Positions 9,387 through 18,458 are shown, numbered from the stretch's first letter. The stretch: DNA of 64,000 nt from Xanthobacteraceae bacterium (GCA_036513175.1 DATBZM010000388.1:2069-66068), one strand, 5' to 3'. The notes: generated by a model not told the origin, from the letters alone. Numbers and translations: made by a program.

Positions 9387-11291
9387 TCAGTCGTCGTCGC
9401 CGATATCGTCGGGCCGGATGTGCTCGGCAAACACCGACGCGTCGTCATCGATCGGCGGCTCCGGCGGCATCACGTCGCCCTCGGGCGAAGAGGCCGCGGC
9501 GATCTCCTGCAGCCCCTCGCGCACCGCCACGATCTGCGCACCGGGAAATCGCGCCAGCACGGCCTTGACCAGCGGGTCGGCTTGCACGCCGCGCTCGAGC
9601 TCGGCGCGCCGTGCCTCGTTCTGCGCCTTGATGGTGGGTTGGCCCTGCTCGCCCGACACCACCACCATCCAGCGCCGGCCGGTCCATTGGCTGATCTTGC
9701 GCGCAAGATCGCCGACCATGGTCTTCGACGCATTGGGCTCGAGCGCGACCTCGAGGCGGCCGGGCTCGAAGCGCACCAGGCGCACATCGCGCTCCAGCGC
9801 GGTTCTGGTCTGCAGGTCGCGCCGCTCTGCCGCGAGCGCAATCAGGTCCTCGAAGCGCGCGAGCGCGACCGGCGCGGTATCGGGCGCCGCATCGGCCTGG
9901 CGCGCCACCGGTTCCTGGCGCTGCGGCGCCGCTGCGGCGCGCGGGGCGCTGCCGCGCGGCGTTTCGATCGGCGCATTGCTCAGCGCGGCGTTGCTCGTTG
10001 CGTGACGCGGCGCCTCGAGCCGCGCGGCCGGGCCGGATGCCGCGACATTGCCTTGCGGTCGCGCCGCCGGCGCGCCTTCGCCGGTCGTCAGCGACCGCAC
10101 CACTTCATCCGGCGTCGGCAGATCGGCCGCATAGGCGATGCGCACCAGCACCATCTCGGCGGCGGCGATCGGTTTCGCCGCCGATTGTACCTCCGGCAGC
10201 CCCTTGAACAGCATCTGCCAGGTGCGCGCGAGCACCCGCATCGACAGCGCGGCCGCAAATGTACGCCCGCGCGTGCGCTCGATCTCGGCGAGCGAGCGGT
10301 CGTCGGCGACCGCCGGCACGACCTTCACGCGGGTGACGAAATGCGTGAACTCGGCGAGGTCGGTCAGCACCACGGCCGGATCGGCGCCGGCATCGTATTG
10401 CTCGCGCAGCTCCTTGAGCGCGGCCGCGATGTCGCCGCGCATCAGCGCGTCGAACAAGTCGATGACCCGGCTGCGATCGGCGAGCCCGAGCATCTGCCGC
10501 ACGTCCTCGGCTCGCACCGAACCCGCCGCATGGGCGATCGCCTGGTCGAGCAGCGAGAGCGCGTCGCGCACCGACCCTTCCGCGGCGCGCGCGATCAGCG
10601 CGAGCGCCTCCGGTTCGGCCGTGAGGCCTTCCTTCGCGGTGATGCCTTCCAGATGCGCGACCAGCCGGTCGGCCTCGACGCGGCGCAGATCGAAGCGCTG
10701 GCAGCGCGACAGCACCGTCACGGGGACCTTGCGGATCTCCGTGGTCGCGAAGATGAACTTGGCGTGCGGCGGGGGCTCTTCCAGCGTCTTGAGCAGCGCG
10801 TTGAACGCCGCGCCCGAGAGCATGTGCACCTCGTCCAGGATATAGACCTTGTAGCGCGCGCTCACCGGCGCATAGCGCACCGCGTCGTTGATCTGGCGGA
10901 TGTCGTCGACGCTGTTGTGCGAGGCGGCGTCCATTTCCAGCACGTCGATGTGCCGGCTTTCCATGATCGCCTGGCACTCGGTGCCGAGCCCCGGCATCTT
11001 GACGGTCGGGCCGGTCACCGAGCCGTCCGGCAGCGCGTAGTTGAGCGCGCGCGCCAGGATGCGCGCCGTCGTCGTCTTGCCGACCCCGCGCACGCCGGTG
11101 AGGATCCATGCCTGCGGGATACGGCCGGTCTCGAACGCGTTCGAGACGGTACGCACCATCGCATCCTGGCCGATCAGGTCGTCGAAGCTCGCCGGCCGGT
11201 ACTTGCGCGCCAGCACGCGGTAGTGCGGCGCGCGCTCCGCGGCTGCCAAACCGAGGCCGGGCGCGCCAGGATCGTCGGTGGCGTCGTTCAT
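9387..11291 (-). CDS. dnaX: DNA polymerase III subunit gamma/tau
   Basis: Walker A GVRGVGKTT and clamp-loader AAA+ motifs (YILDEVHMLS); long tau-type C-terminal extension; 634 aa. Confidence 0.95.
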   Translation of the reverse strand: MNDATDDPGAPGLGLAAAERAPHYRVLARKYRPASFDDLIGQDAMVRTVSNAFETGRIPQAWILTGVRGVGKTTTARILARALNYALPDGSVTGPTVKMPGLGTECQAIMESRHIDVLEMDAASHNSVDDIRQINDAVRYAPVSARYKVYILDEVHMLSGAAFNALLKTLEEPPPHAKFIFATTEIRKVPVTVLSRCQRFDLRRVEADRLVAHLEGITAKEGLTAEPEALALIARAAEGSVRDALSLLDQAIAHAAGSVRAEDVRQMLGLADRSRVIDLFDALMRGDIAAALKELREQYDAGADPAVVLTDLAEFTHFVTRVKVVPAVADDRSLAEIERTRGRTFAAALSMRVLARTWQMLFKGLPEVQSAAKPIAAAEMVLVRIAYAADLPTPDEVVRSLTTGEGAPAARPQGNVAASGPAARLEAPRHATSNAALSNAPIETPRGSAPRAAAAPQRQEPVARQADAAPDTAPVALARFEDLIALAAERRDLQTRTALERDVRLVRFEPGRLEVALEPNASKTMVGDLARKISQWTGRRWMVVVSGEQGQPTIKAQNEARRAELERGVQADPLVKAVLARFPGAQIVAVREGLQEIAAASSPEGDVMPPEPPIDDDASVFAEHIRPDDIGDDD

Positions 11292-11341
11292 CGTGCCTGC
11301 GGCCCCGGGCGCATCCTCGTTGCGGCGAGAAAAGATTGAGT

Positions 11342-11441
11342 GGGAGGCTGACGAGCGACCCGAACCGGAGCTCGTTAGGGCTGCTTCCTTCCGGACCTGA
11401 CCCGGTTGGCGAGTGGCTCGTCCACCGCCAACCTCCCGCCT
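11342..11441 (-). ncRNA. ffs: signal recognition particle RNA (4.5S-type)
   Basis: The reverse strand reads ...CCGGGUCAGGUCCGGAAGGAAGCAGCCCUAACG..., the conserved SRP domain IV core. It is closed by a long helix, GGGAGGUUGGCG...CGUCAGCCUCCC. Located just upstream of dnaX. Ends are approximate. Confidence 0.85.
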
Positions 11442-11533
11442 TCTATATCGGCGGAACGGAACGGGAATGCAAGCGCCTGTGGACCGTTCGTGTTAGGCAT
11501 CCCCCGACGATCATTTTCGCATCGGGGGGACCC

Positions 11534-11962
11534 ATGAGCACTTCGCCGCCGCCGGCCTGGTCGCTGCATCCTCGGCTTGCGCAGGACACTGTTCTGCTCG
11601 GCGACCTGGCGCTCTCGCGCGTGCTGGCGATGAACGACGCCAACTATCCCTGGCTCGTCCTGGTGCCGCGGCGACCCGACGCTGTCGAGATCATTGATCT
11701 CGACGAAGCTGCCCGCACCGGGCTGATAGCCGAGATCGCGCTCATCTCCGCGGCGCTCAAGACCCACGCGCGCTGCGACAAGCTCAATGTCGCGGCGATC
11801 GGCAACGTGGTGCAGCAGCTGCATATCCATGTGGTGGCGCGACGCAAGGAGGACTTGGCGTGGCCGCGTCCGGTCTGGGGGGCAGCGCCGGCGCGTCCCT
11901 ATGCGGCAGAAGAGCTGCAAGCGTTCGTCGCTGCCTTGCGCGACGCCATCGGGCTTGCGTGA
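11534..11962 (+). CDS. HIT-family protein
   Basis: ORF 11108..11962; ATG at 11534 (MSTSPPP...). Histidine-triad-like QQLHIHVV motif; 142 aa. Confidence 0.8.
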   Translation: MSTSPPPAWSLHPRLAQDTVLLGDLALSRVLAMNDANYPWLVLVPRRPDAVEIIDLDEAARTGLIAEIALISAALKTHARCDKLNVAAIGNVVQQLHIHVVARRKEDLAWPRPVWGAAPARPYAAEELQAFVAALRDAIGLA

Positions 11963-12004
11963 GGGGCGCGTCGCTCGGCGGCAAGTTGCACGGAATCCGC
12001 CGCC

Positions 12005-12982
12005 ATGCGATTTTCGCTGCCCCTGCTGGAGACCCGCATGCCCTCCCGCCCCGATCTCGGGCCCAAACCGCACCTCGGATATACGGCGAGCCTGATCGAT
12101 CGCGCCGCCCATCGGCGAGGCGAAGCCGCCGCGCTTGCGGCCGATCCGCGCGCGGGCGCCTATGTGGTGGGCGGCGAAATGATCGTCGCGCGCAAGCGCG
12201 ACGGTGGCGGCGAGCCCCTGTTCGGTCTCGCCGAGGCGCAGGCGCTCGCGCCGGCGCGCGAATGCGTGCTGCTGGGGTTTGGCGACGGCGTGCCGCAGTT
12301 CGGCCTCGGCATCGGCAAGGAGGCCGCCGAGGCCCTCAAGGCGCGCGACGATTTCCTCGTCACCGATCTGCGTTCGATCGCGGTGCAAGGGCTGGTTGCG
12401 CCCGAGCACCTGCCGCCGCTCGCCGAGGCGAAAGCGCTGCTCGCCTGGCACGCGCGCCATCGTTTCTGTTCCAACTGCGGGGCGCTGACCAATCTGACCG
12501 AGGGCGGCTGGAAGCGCGCGTGCCCGGCCTGCAAGGCAGAGCATTTCCCCCGTACCGATCCGGTAGTCATCATGCTGGCGGTGCGCGGCGAACGATGCCT
12601 GCTCGGCCGCTCCGCGCGGTTCGCCTCCGCGATGTGGTCGTGTCTCGCCGGGTTCGTCGAGCCGGGCGAGAACGTCGAGGAAGCCGTGCGGCGCGAGGTG
12701 CATGAAGAGGCGGGCATCACGTGCGGGCGCGTCGTCTACTTTGCGTCGCAGCCCTGGCCGTTTCCCATGTCGCTGATGATCGGCTGCCACGCCGAGGCGC
12801 TCACCGACGACATCAAGGTCGACGCGGCCGAGCTCGAAGGCGCGCGCTGGTTCGGTCGCGAGGAGGTCGCGCTGATGCTGCTGCGCCGGCATCCCGACGG
12901 GCTCGGCACGCCGCCGCCGGTCGCGATCGCGCATCACATCATCCGCGCCTGGGTCGAAGGGGAGGCGGGCGACTTTGGCTAG
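12005..12982 (+). CDS. nudC: NAD+ diphosphatase (NADH pyrophosphatase) NudC
   Basis: Zinc ribbon CSNCG...CPAC, Nudix box GFVEPGENVEEAVRREVHEEAG, and the downstream SQPWPFPMS NudC signature. Start codon not certain. Confidence 0.85.
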   Translation: MRFSLPLLETRMPSRPDLGPKPHLGYTASLIDRAAHRRGEAAALAADPRAGAYVVGGEMIVARKRDGGGEPLFGLAEAQALAPARECVLLGFGDGVPQFGLGIGKEAAEALKARDDFLVTDLRSIAVQGLVAPEHLPPLAEAKALLAWHARHRFCSNCGALTNLTEGGWKRACPACKAEHFPRTDPVVIMLAVRGERCLLGRSARFASAMWSCLAGFVEPGENVEEAVRREVHEEAGITCGRVVYFASQPWPFPMSLMIGCHAEALTDDIKVDAAELEGARWFGREEVALMLLRRHPDGLGTPPPVAIAHHIIRAWVEGEAGDFG

Positions 12983-13904
12983 CCCGCGCATCCTGTGCAC
13001 CGGCATCGCGGTGCTCGATGAGATCTTCCGCGTCGACGAGTTTCCGCCGGCCGACGGCAAGGCGCAGGCGAGCGAGTTCGTCGCGGTCGGCGGCGGCTGC
13101 GCCGCCAATGCGGCGATCGCGATCGCACGGCTCGGCGGGCGGGCGAGCTTTGCGGGTCCGCTCGGCGGTCCGCCCGGGCACGAGCCGATCAGCGACCGCA
13201 TCCTGGCAGGGCTCGCGCGCGACGGCGTCGACTGCGCCGGCTGCGTGCGCGTCGACGGCGTCGCCTCGGCGATCTCGGCGATCTTCGTCAATGCGCGCGG
13301 CGAGCGCACCATCGCGACCTATCGCGATCACCGACTCGATGTCGTAACGCCGCGCGATCCGGGTGCGCTGGCGGCCGCGGCCGACGCGGTGCTGGCCGAC
13401 AACCGCTTCCCCAATTTCGCGCTGCCGATCTGTCGGGCGGCGCTGCGACGCGGCGTGCCGGTGGTGCTCGACGCCGACAAGCCGGCGCAGCCGAACGACC
13501 CTTTGTTTGCGGCCTGCTCGCACGTCGTGTTCTCGGCCGAGGGTCTGCGCGCCACCATGCAGACCGATGATCTCGCGGCCGGACTACGGCGGTTCGGAGA
13601 AAGCACCAATGCGTTTCTCGCGGTGACCAACGGTCCCGCGCCGGTTCTGTGGCGCGACGAAACCGACACGATCTGTCGCTTGCCTGTATTTCGCATCGCT
13701 GCGGTCGACACGCTCGCGGCGGGCGATGTGTTCCACGGCGCCTTTGCGCTGGCGCTCATCGAAGGCCGCGCCCCCGCGGGCGCGCTGCGCTTCGCCGCCG
13801 CGGCGGCCGGCCTCAAATGCACGCGCTTCGGCGGCAGTGCCGCCGCACCGGCACGGGCGGAGGTGGATGCGCTGCTGACGGCGGGCGAGCGAACGAACGG
13901 CTGA
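12975..13904 (+). CDS. PfkB-family carbohydrate kinase
   Basis: 309 aa; ribokinase-like fold signatures (GGGCAANAA; C-terminal DTLAAGDVFHGAF anion-hole motif). Confidence 0.75.
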   Translation: MASPRILCTGIAVLDEIFRVDEFPPADGKAQASEFVAVGGGCAANAAIAIARLGGRASFAGPLGGPPGHEPISDRILAGLARDGVDCAGCVRVDGVASAISAIFVNARGERTIATYRDHRLDVVTPRDPGALAAAADAVLADNRFPNFALPICRAALRRGVPVVLDADKPAQPNDPLFAACSHVVFSAEGLRATMQTDDLAAGLRRFGESTNAFLAVTNGPAPVLWRDETDTICRLPVFRIAAVDTLAAGDVFHGAFALALIEGRAPAGALRFAAAAAGLKCTRFGGSAAAPARAEVDALLTAGERTNG

Positions 13905-14074
13905 GGCTCGGGGGGAAAAGGGAAGGGGATCGACCCCCGTCGGCCTTGCTGCCGCGCCCCACATGGACGAAATATTTTTCTCTTATGACCCAAGGTCCGC
14001 CTTGAGAAAGGAATAAACATCCATACACTGGCGAACAACCAAAACCTTCATCTTATTGTTTGGGGTTGCGCAGC

Positions 14075-14527
14075 ATGGACGCCATCGACCGGAAAATCCT
14101 CGCCGTGCTTCAGGAGGATGCCTCGCTCTCGGTCGCCGAGATCGGCAACCGGGTCGGGCTCTCCTCGACGCCGTGCTGGAAGCGCATCCAGCGGCTCGAG
14201 GGCGACGGCGTGATCCAGAAGCGCGTCGCGGTCATCGATCAGGACAAGCTCGGGCTCGGCGTGACCGTGTTCGTCTCGGTCGAGACCGAGGATCATTCGG
14301 AAGGGTGGCTGACCCGATTCGCCCAGATCGTCGGCGCGATGCCGGAGGTGCTGGAATTCTACCGCATGGCCGGCGACGTCGACTACATGCTGCGCGTCGT
14401 GGTGCCGGACATCGCCGGCTACGACGCGTTCTACAAGCGATTGATCGCCGCCGTGCCGCTCAAGAACGTCACGTCGCGCTTCGCCATGGAAAAGATCAAG
14501 TCGACCACGGCGCTCCCGATTGCGTGA
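14075..14527 (+). CDS. lrp: Lrp/AsnC-family transcriptional regulator
   Basis: MDAIDRKILAVLQEDASLSVAEIGNRVGLSSTPCWKRIQRLE HTH followed by an AsnC_trans_reg domain. The ORF begins at 14060; ATG at 14075 preferred. Confidence 0.85.
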   Translation: MDAIDRKILAVLQEDASLSVAEIGNRVGLSSTPCWKRIQRLEGDGVIQKRVAVIDQDKLGLGVTVFVSVETEDHSEGWLTRFAQIVGAMPEVLEFYRMAGDVDYMLRVVVPDIAGYDAFYKRLIAAVPLKNVTSRFAMEKIKSTTALPIA

Positions 14528-14573
14528 TTGCGAGCGCGTTCCGATTTCGCGGGAAACGGGACGCGCTCGGTCG

Positions 14574-15149
14574 TCAGCAGCAGCCGCTCGCCGAATTGAG
14601 CGTCACCGAGCAGCTCAGGCGCGGACGCAGGAAGAACTGGTCGCCCAGATTGAGCGTGCCGGTGATCGTCCAGCCGATGGTCGGCCTGTAGGCGTAGTGC
14701 GCTTCGCCCCAGATTAGCGACGAATTGGCGACCATGAGCGCGCTCGGGACGAGACTCGTGACCGTGCCGCTGCGCGCCGTGCCGTTAAGCGTCTGGCTCC
14801 AGCCGATCGTCGCCTTCGTCCCGGTCGAATCGATGCAGACGCTCGACAGCGTGACCGAAAGGTTGGCAGAGGCAAGCGGATAGGCCACCGCGGTGGCGGC
14901 ATTGAAAATGTTGGTGACGTCGCTCGATGCGACGTTCGACGCCTGCGCCGTCAAGTCGCCGACCGTATGGGCGACGAGCGTGGTCTTGCGGTCGGCGCTG
15001 ACCGCCTGCGAAACCTCCACGCCGCCGAGATACAGCGTCAGCATCAGCGGCAGCAGGATCGCGAACTCGATCGCCGAAACGCCGCGTTGATCGGCCGCAA
15101 AGCCGCGAAGCTCCTTGAGCAGCGCAAAACGCGTGCATGGAAAGGTCAT
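14574..15149 (-). CDS. TadE/TadG-family pilus assembly pseudopilin
   Basis: The true start is the ATG at 15149 within ORF 14574..15455. N-terminal RGVSAIEFAILLPLMLTLYLGG TadE motif. Confidence 0.75.
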   Translation of the reverse strand: MTFPCTRFALLKELRGFAADQRGVSAIEFAILLPLMLTLYLGGVEVSQAVSADRKTTLVAHTVGDLTAQASNVASSDVTNIFNAATAVAYPLASANLSVTLSSVCIDSTGTKATIGWSQTLNGTARSGTVTSLVPSALMVANSSLIWGEAHYAYRPTIGWTITGTLNLGDQFFLRPRLSCSVTLNSASGCC

Positions 15150-15160
15150 GACGGGACGCC

Positions 15161-15733
15161 TCAATCGTACGGCTCGTTGCGGAACGCCGCGGTGGCGACG
15201 AGCAGGCGGCTGTTGCCCGCCATGTTGGTGAGATCGCTGATGTCCCAGAGCGTGAAGTAGATCGGCCATTGGTAGAACAGCTGCACCACGACGATATCGC
15301 CGGGGCCGCCCGGGTTGTAGCCGAAGTTGGTAGTGACGAGATTGCCCTTGCTGTCGAGCGGCGGCGTATAGCTGATGCTGCCGAAGCTCGAATAGGTCTG
15401 CACGTTGACGTAGACGCCGCCCTGGCAGTTGAAAAGCCCGTAGATCTGCGCGCATACGGCATTCTTGAACGTGGTGGCGTTGAGGCCCTGGGTCTGCGCC
15501 TGCCCGGTGAGGATCAGTCGCGCCGAGTTGGCGACCGCCGTCTCCAGCGTCTGATCGGCGAAGAACACGAGCGCCGTCTCGATGATGCCGAACATGAGCG
15601 CGAGAAACGGGAGCAGGACCAGCGCGAATTCGACCGCGGTTGCGCCGCCTTGGTGGCGCGCGAATCGTCGCGGCGAAGCGAGCCGCGCGACGCGCCTCAT
15701 CGTGCGTTCGATTTTACTCCGCCTCATCAGCAT
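15161..15733 (-). CDS. TadE-family pilus assembly pseudopilin
   Basis: GGATAVEFALVLLPFLALMFGIIE TadE N-terminal motif; 190 aa (start may lie at an internal Met). Confidence 0.75.
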   Translation of the reverse strand: MLMRRSKIERTMRRVARLASPRRFARHQGGATAVEFALVLLPFLALMFGIIETALVFFADQTLETAVANSARLILTGQAQTQGLNATTFKNAVCAQIYGLFNCQGGVYVNVQTYSSFGSISYTPPLDSKGNLVTTNFGYNPGGPGDIVVVQLFYQWPIYFTLWDISDLTNMAGNSRLLVATAAFRNEPYD

Positions 15734-15930
15734 GGGCAGGATTTCCCGATTGCAAATTCCATGAGCGTTACGGATGCTTCGTGTTTTACTGAAAACTTAT
15801 TGTCGAATTGTTTCGGTCGAGGCCCATGCTGCGTGCGCCGCATTGAGATCGCGCTAACCAAATCGACGGCGACGGCTGGGCGTCAAGTCGTTGCCATGGT
15901 CGCCGCCAAGCCGTTGCCATGTCGGCGCCG

Positions 15931-16422
15931 TCAGCGCTGGCCCTGAGCGCCTTGCCCCTGTGCGCGCGCGGCGCGATTGGTCGCCTGCAGCAAGGTCGCC
16001 TCGAAATAGTCCGGCGCGTCGCCGAGCGTGATCCGGCGCTCGCAATTGGGCGTGCAACTATAGGACTCGCGATTGACGCCGCGATAGACGACGACGATAT
16101 TGCCCTCCTGTCCGACGACCTCGATGTTGCGCTCGCTCAGCACTGCGCCGGTACGATCGAGGGCGATCATGTTGGTCGCGCCGTAACCCTTGCCGGTGAT
16201 CACCACAAGGCCGCCCGCCTGCACGGTCACGTCGGCAATCAGCGGATTGCCGATCACGATGGTGGCCACCTGCGCGGGCAGCTTGGTGATCACGGCCTGG
16301 TCGACCAGCACCTTGATGGTCTCGGCGTGCACTGATCCGGTCATGCCGGCCGCGAAAAGAAGGGCCGCAACCGCAAGCCCTTGCGCGAGCCGGCGCCCGC
16401 GATACGCGAATTGTGCCGTCAT
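15931..16422 (-). CDS. pilus-formation N-terminal-domain protein (CpaC-N/BON-like), secreted
   Basis: ORF 15931..16470 begins with GTG. The ATG at 16422 has a GGAGAG Shine-Dalgarno 6 nt upstream. Signal peptide ...LLFAAGMTGSVHA; the body resembles the N-terminal domain of CpaC/RcpA secretins. Confidence 0.65.
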   Translation of the reverse strand: MTAQFAYRGRRLAQGLAVAALLFAAGMTGSVHAETIKVLVDQAVITKLPAQVATIVIGNPLIADVTVQAGGLVVITGKGYGATNMIALDRTGAVLSERNIEVVGQEGNIVVVYRGVNRESYSCTPNCERRITLGDAPDYFEATLLQATNRAARAQGQGAQGQR

Positions 16423-16658
16423 CGGAACTCTCCGAACCATTACGCGGATCCGACGACCGCGATAACGCACGGCCGCAGCGGAGTTTTACCCGAGCGAGTT
16501 GACGCGAAAATGGTGAATGAATTGCAAAATCACGTGCCACCGTCGCCGTAACCCGCGATATTGCGCGACACTGCGGCCCACGGGAGCAGCGGCGGCGCCC
16601 TGTGTTGCCGCTGCCGGCCCGCCTCTTCCCGCATGACCGCCGAGGCCGCAAGCGCCCG

Positions 16659-16666
16659 TTAACCAT
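16659..16666 (+). promoter_or_regulatory. CtrA-box-like 8-mer TTAACCAT upstream of flp1
   Basis: Exact TTAACCAT in the 349-nt divergent intergenic region, about 155 nt upstream of the flp1 ATG. Confidence 0.35.
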
Positions 16667-16819
16667 CGCGGTAAGATCGGCGGAGCAAGCGGTTTTGCGG
16701 GCACCGATTAACCGGGAAGCAACAGCGCCGAGATAGCGTCGGGCCAGGTCCTGATCGGCCGGGAAACAAACGGCCGCATGGACCGAGCTCAGACAGCCAC
16801 GCGGATCCAGGAGTAGCTC

Positions 16820-16993
16820 ATGAAGACCCTTGTGCAGTTTGCGAAGGACGAGTCCGGCGCGACCGCGATCGAATACGGCCTCATCGCGGCCGGCATTTCG
16901 GTTGCCATCATCGCCGTCGTCAACTCGCTCGGCGGCCAGCTGAAGAACACGTTCTCGAGCGTGTCGAGCCAGCTCGGCAACGCTGGCAAGTAA
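16820..16993 (+). CDS. flp: Flp-family type IVb pilin (copy 1)
   Basis: My translation: MKTLVQFAKDESGATAIEYGLIAAGISVAIIAVVNSLGGQLKNTFSSVSSQLGNAGK. Flp motif G/ATAIEYGLI; 57 aa. Too short for the ORF track; seen there only as an antisense shadow. Confidence 0.9.
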   Translation: MKTLVQFAKDESGATAIEYGLIAAGISVAIIAVVNSLGGQLKNTFSSVSSQLGNAGK

Positions 16994-17014
16994 GCTTGCC
17001 CATTCGCGTCTCCA

Positions 17015-17049
17015 GGGTCTCGGCGGCGCCGAGGCCCTTTTTTTGTTTT
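17015..17049 (+). terminator. rho-independent terminator after flp1
   Basis: GGGTCTCGGC-GGC-GCCGAGGCCC hairpin followed by a TTTTTTTGTTTT run. Confidence 0.6.
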
Positions 17050-17210
17050 CAGGCGCTTGCGAGCGCGGCAACCATTTCTTCATGATGGCTCGCATTTGCC
17101 GAAGTAATACCCGAAAATCCGAGGGTCGCTCTTTACTCATCCTTTTAATTTTTCCGGCATAACGCACACCAGTGTCGGCGGAAATCCGCCGATAACCTTG
17201 GGAGAGCAAC

Positions 17211-17384
17211 ATGTCTGTGTTCAAGCGTTTTCTGCGTGACGAGAGCGGCGCGACCGCGATCGAATACGGCCTCATCGCGGCCGGCATTTCCGTCGCGATC
17301 ATCGCGACCGTCAACACCCTCGGCGGCCAGCTCAAGAACACGTTCTCGAGCGTGTCGAGCCAGCTCGGCAACGCCGGCAAGTAA
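17211..17384 (+). CDS. flp: Flp-family type IVb pilin (copy 2)
   Basis: MSVFKRFLRDESGATAIEYGLIAAGISVAIIATVNTLGGQLKNTFSSVSSQLGNAGK. GGAGAG SD upstream; 3' half almost identical in nucleotides to flp1. Confidence 0.9.
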   Translation: MSVFKRFLRDESGATAIEYGLIAAGISVAIIATVNTLGGQLKNTFSSVSSQLGNAGK

Positions 17385-17407
17385 CCGCGGCCGCATCAAG
17401 TTAGAAC

Positions 17408-17441
17408 GGCCCCGCCCTCATGCGCGGGGCCGCTTCTTTTT
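17408..17441 (+). terminator. rho-independent terminator after flp2
   Basis: GGCCCCGC-loop-GCGGGGCC hairpin followed by CTTCTTTTT. Confidence 0.6.
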
Positions 17442-17567
17442 GACGGCGCCGCGGTGTGGCGCGACATTGCGAAGGCGCCGGAACGCCGGCTCTTTACACT
17501 CCGTTGTGAGGTCCTGCGGTATCGTCCCTGCGGGTTCGGATGCTGCACGTCACCTCGGGGGGCGGTT

Positions 17568-17741
17568 ATGTCTATCTTCAGGCGCTTACTGCGCGATGAG
17601 CGCGGCGCGACCGCGATCGAATACGGCCTCATCGCCGCCGGCATTGCAGTTGCGATCATCGCGGTGGTGAATTCTCTGGGTGGTCAGCTCGCGAACACCT
17701 ATTCGGACGTTTCCGCCGACCTCGCCAACGCTGGCCAGTGA
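17568..17741 (+). CDS. flp: Flp-family type IVb pilin (copy 3, divergent C-terminus)
   Basis: Within ORF 17454..17741: MSIFRRLLRDERGATAIEYGLIAAGIAVAIIAVVNSLGGQLANTYSDVSADLANAGQ. Confidence 0.9.
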   Translation: MSIFRRLLRDERGATAIEYGLIAAGIAVAIIAVVNSLGGQLANTYSDVSADLANAGQ

Positions 17742-17863
17742 GGCGCGAGCCGAAGCGGGCAGGCCCCGCGGGTGGCTAGGCGGGTGACGCAATCGGCAAA
17801 TCGAGCTCCCGGCAGGATGACGGAATTCTGCGACAGCGATCGGATCGGTGCACGAGTCGACAC

Positions 17864-18379
17864 ATGATGGACCTGTTCATCGACGCGGCACGGTTGATGA
17901 TTTTTCCGACCGTGATGGCGTTCGCGGCGTCGAGCGACTTCTTCACGATGACGATCTCGAACCGGATTTCGTTCATCCTGGTCGGGGGCTTCGTAGCGCT
18001 GGCGGTGGGAACCGGAATGCCCTTCCGCGAGATGCTGGATCACGCCGGCGCCGGAGGTCTCGTGCTCGCCGTGACGTTCACGTTCTTCCTGTGCGGCTGG
18101 GTCGGAGGCGGTGACGCCAAGCTCGCGGCCGCGACCGCGCTGTGGCTCGGCTGGGCACATCTCCTCGACTACCTCCTCTATGCCTCGATCCTCGGCGGCG
18201 TGCTGACAGTTGGGCTGATCGAATTTCGCAAGTTCTCGCTGCCGTCCCTGCTCACCGGCAAGGATTGGGCGGAGCGGCTGCACAAGCCGGGGGGCGGCGT
18301 GCCCTACGGCATCGCGCTCGCGGTCGCGGCGCTGGTGGTCTATCCGTCCACGATCTGGATGCAGGCGCTCCACCAATGA
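17864..18379 (+). CDS. cpaA: A24-family prepilin peptidase CpaA/TadV
   Basis: 171 aa polytopic protein with two catalytic-Asp contexts (ASSDFFTMTISN and GGGDAKLAAA). Confidence 0.85.
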   Translation: MMDLFIDAARLMIFPTVMAFAASSDFFTMTISNRISFILVGGFVALAVGTGMPFREMLDHAGAGGLVLAVTFTFFLCGWVGGGDAKLAAATALWLGWAHLLDYLLYASILGGVLTVGLIEFRKFSLPSLLTGKDWAERLHKPGGGVPYGIALAVAALVVYPSTIWMQALHQ

Positions 18380-18442
18380 GCGTAGGCAAACGCCGGAGCG
18401 AACGACGGAAACCGTCGATTAGCTTCATTTAGATACGCCTCA

Positions 18443-18458
18443 TTAACCATGAATTGAC
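18443..18458 (+). promoter_or_regulatory. CtrA-box-like site TTAACCATGAATTGAC upstream of cpaB
   Basis: Contains the exact 8-mer TTAACCAT. It also fits TTAA-N7-TTAAC with one mismatch (TTGAC). Lies in the cpaA-cpaB intergenic region. Confidence 0.4.

Noticed and set aside
9387-11291. A programmed -1 frameshift site in dnaX (A AAA AAG type, as in E. coli).
   Set aside because: I did not see a CTTTTTT/AAAAAAG heptamer in the gene while reading. Alphaproteobacteria are known to generate gamma by other means. This was not an exhaustive scan.
8859-11339. Very long ORFs on the strand opposite well-supported genes: 8859..11339 (+, 826 aa, opposite dnaX), 6619..8373, 11375..13312, 34585..36690, 37636..39798, 41592..43460, 43626..45275, 45284..46630, 47348..48385, 48382..49542, 50189..52243, 52777..54330, 55357..56460 and 57655..58899.
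   Set aside because: They are Arg/Ala/Gly/Pro-rich low-complexity translations with no motifs. They lie antisense to, or out of frame with, genes that carry clear family signatures. These are the expected shadow ORFs of high-GC DNA.
16058-17380. The 440-aa minus-strand ORF, and the repeated MPALPSWLDTLENVF peptides (16789..16989, 17145..17399, 17396..17659), across the flp region.
   Set aside because: They are reverse-strand images of the three flp genes. The repeated peptide simply mirrors the duplicated flp 3' ends.
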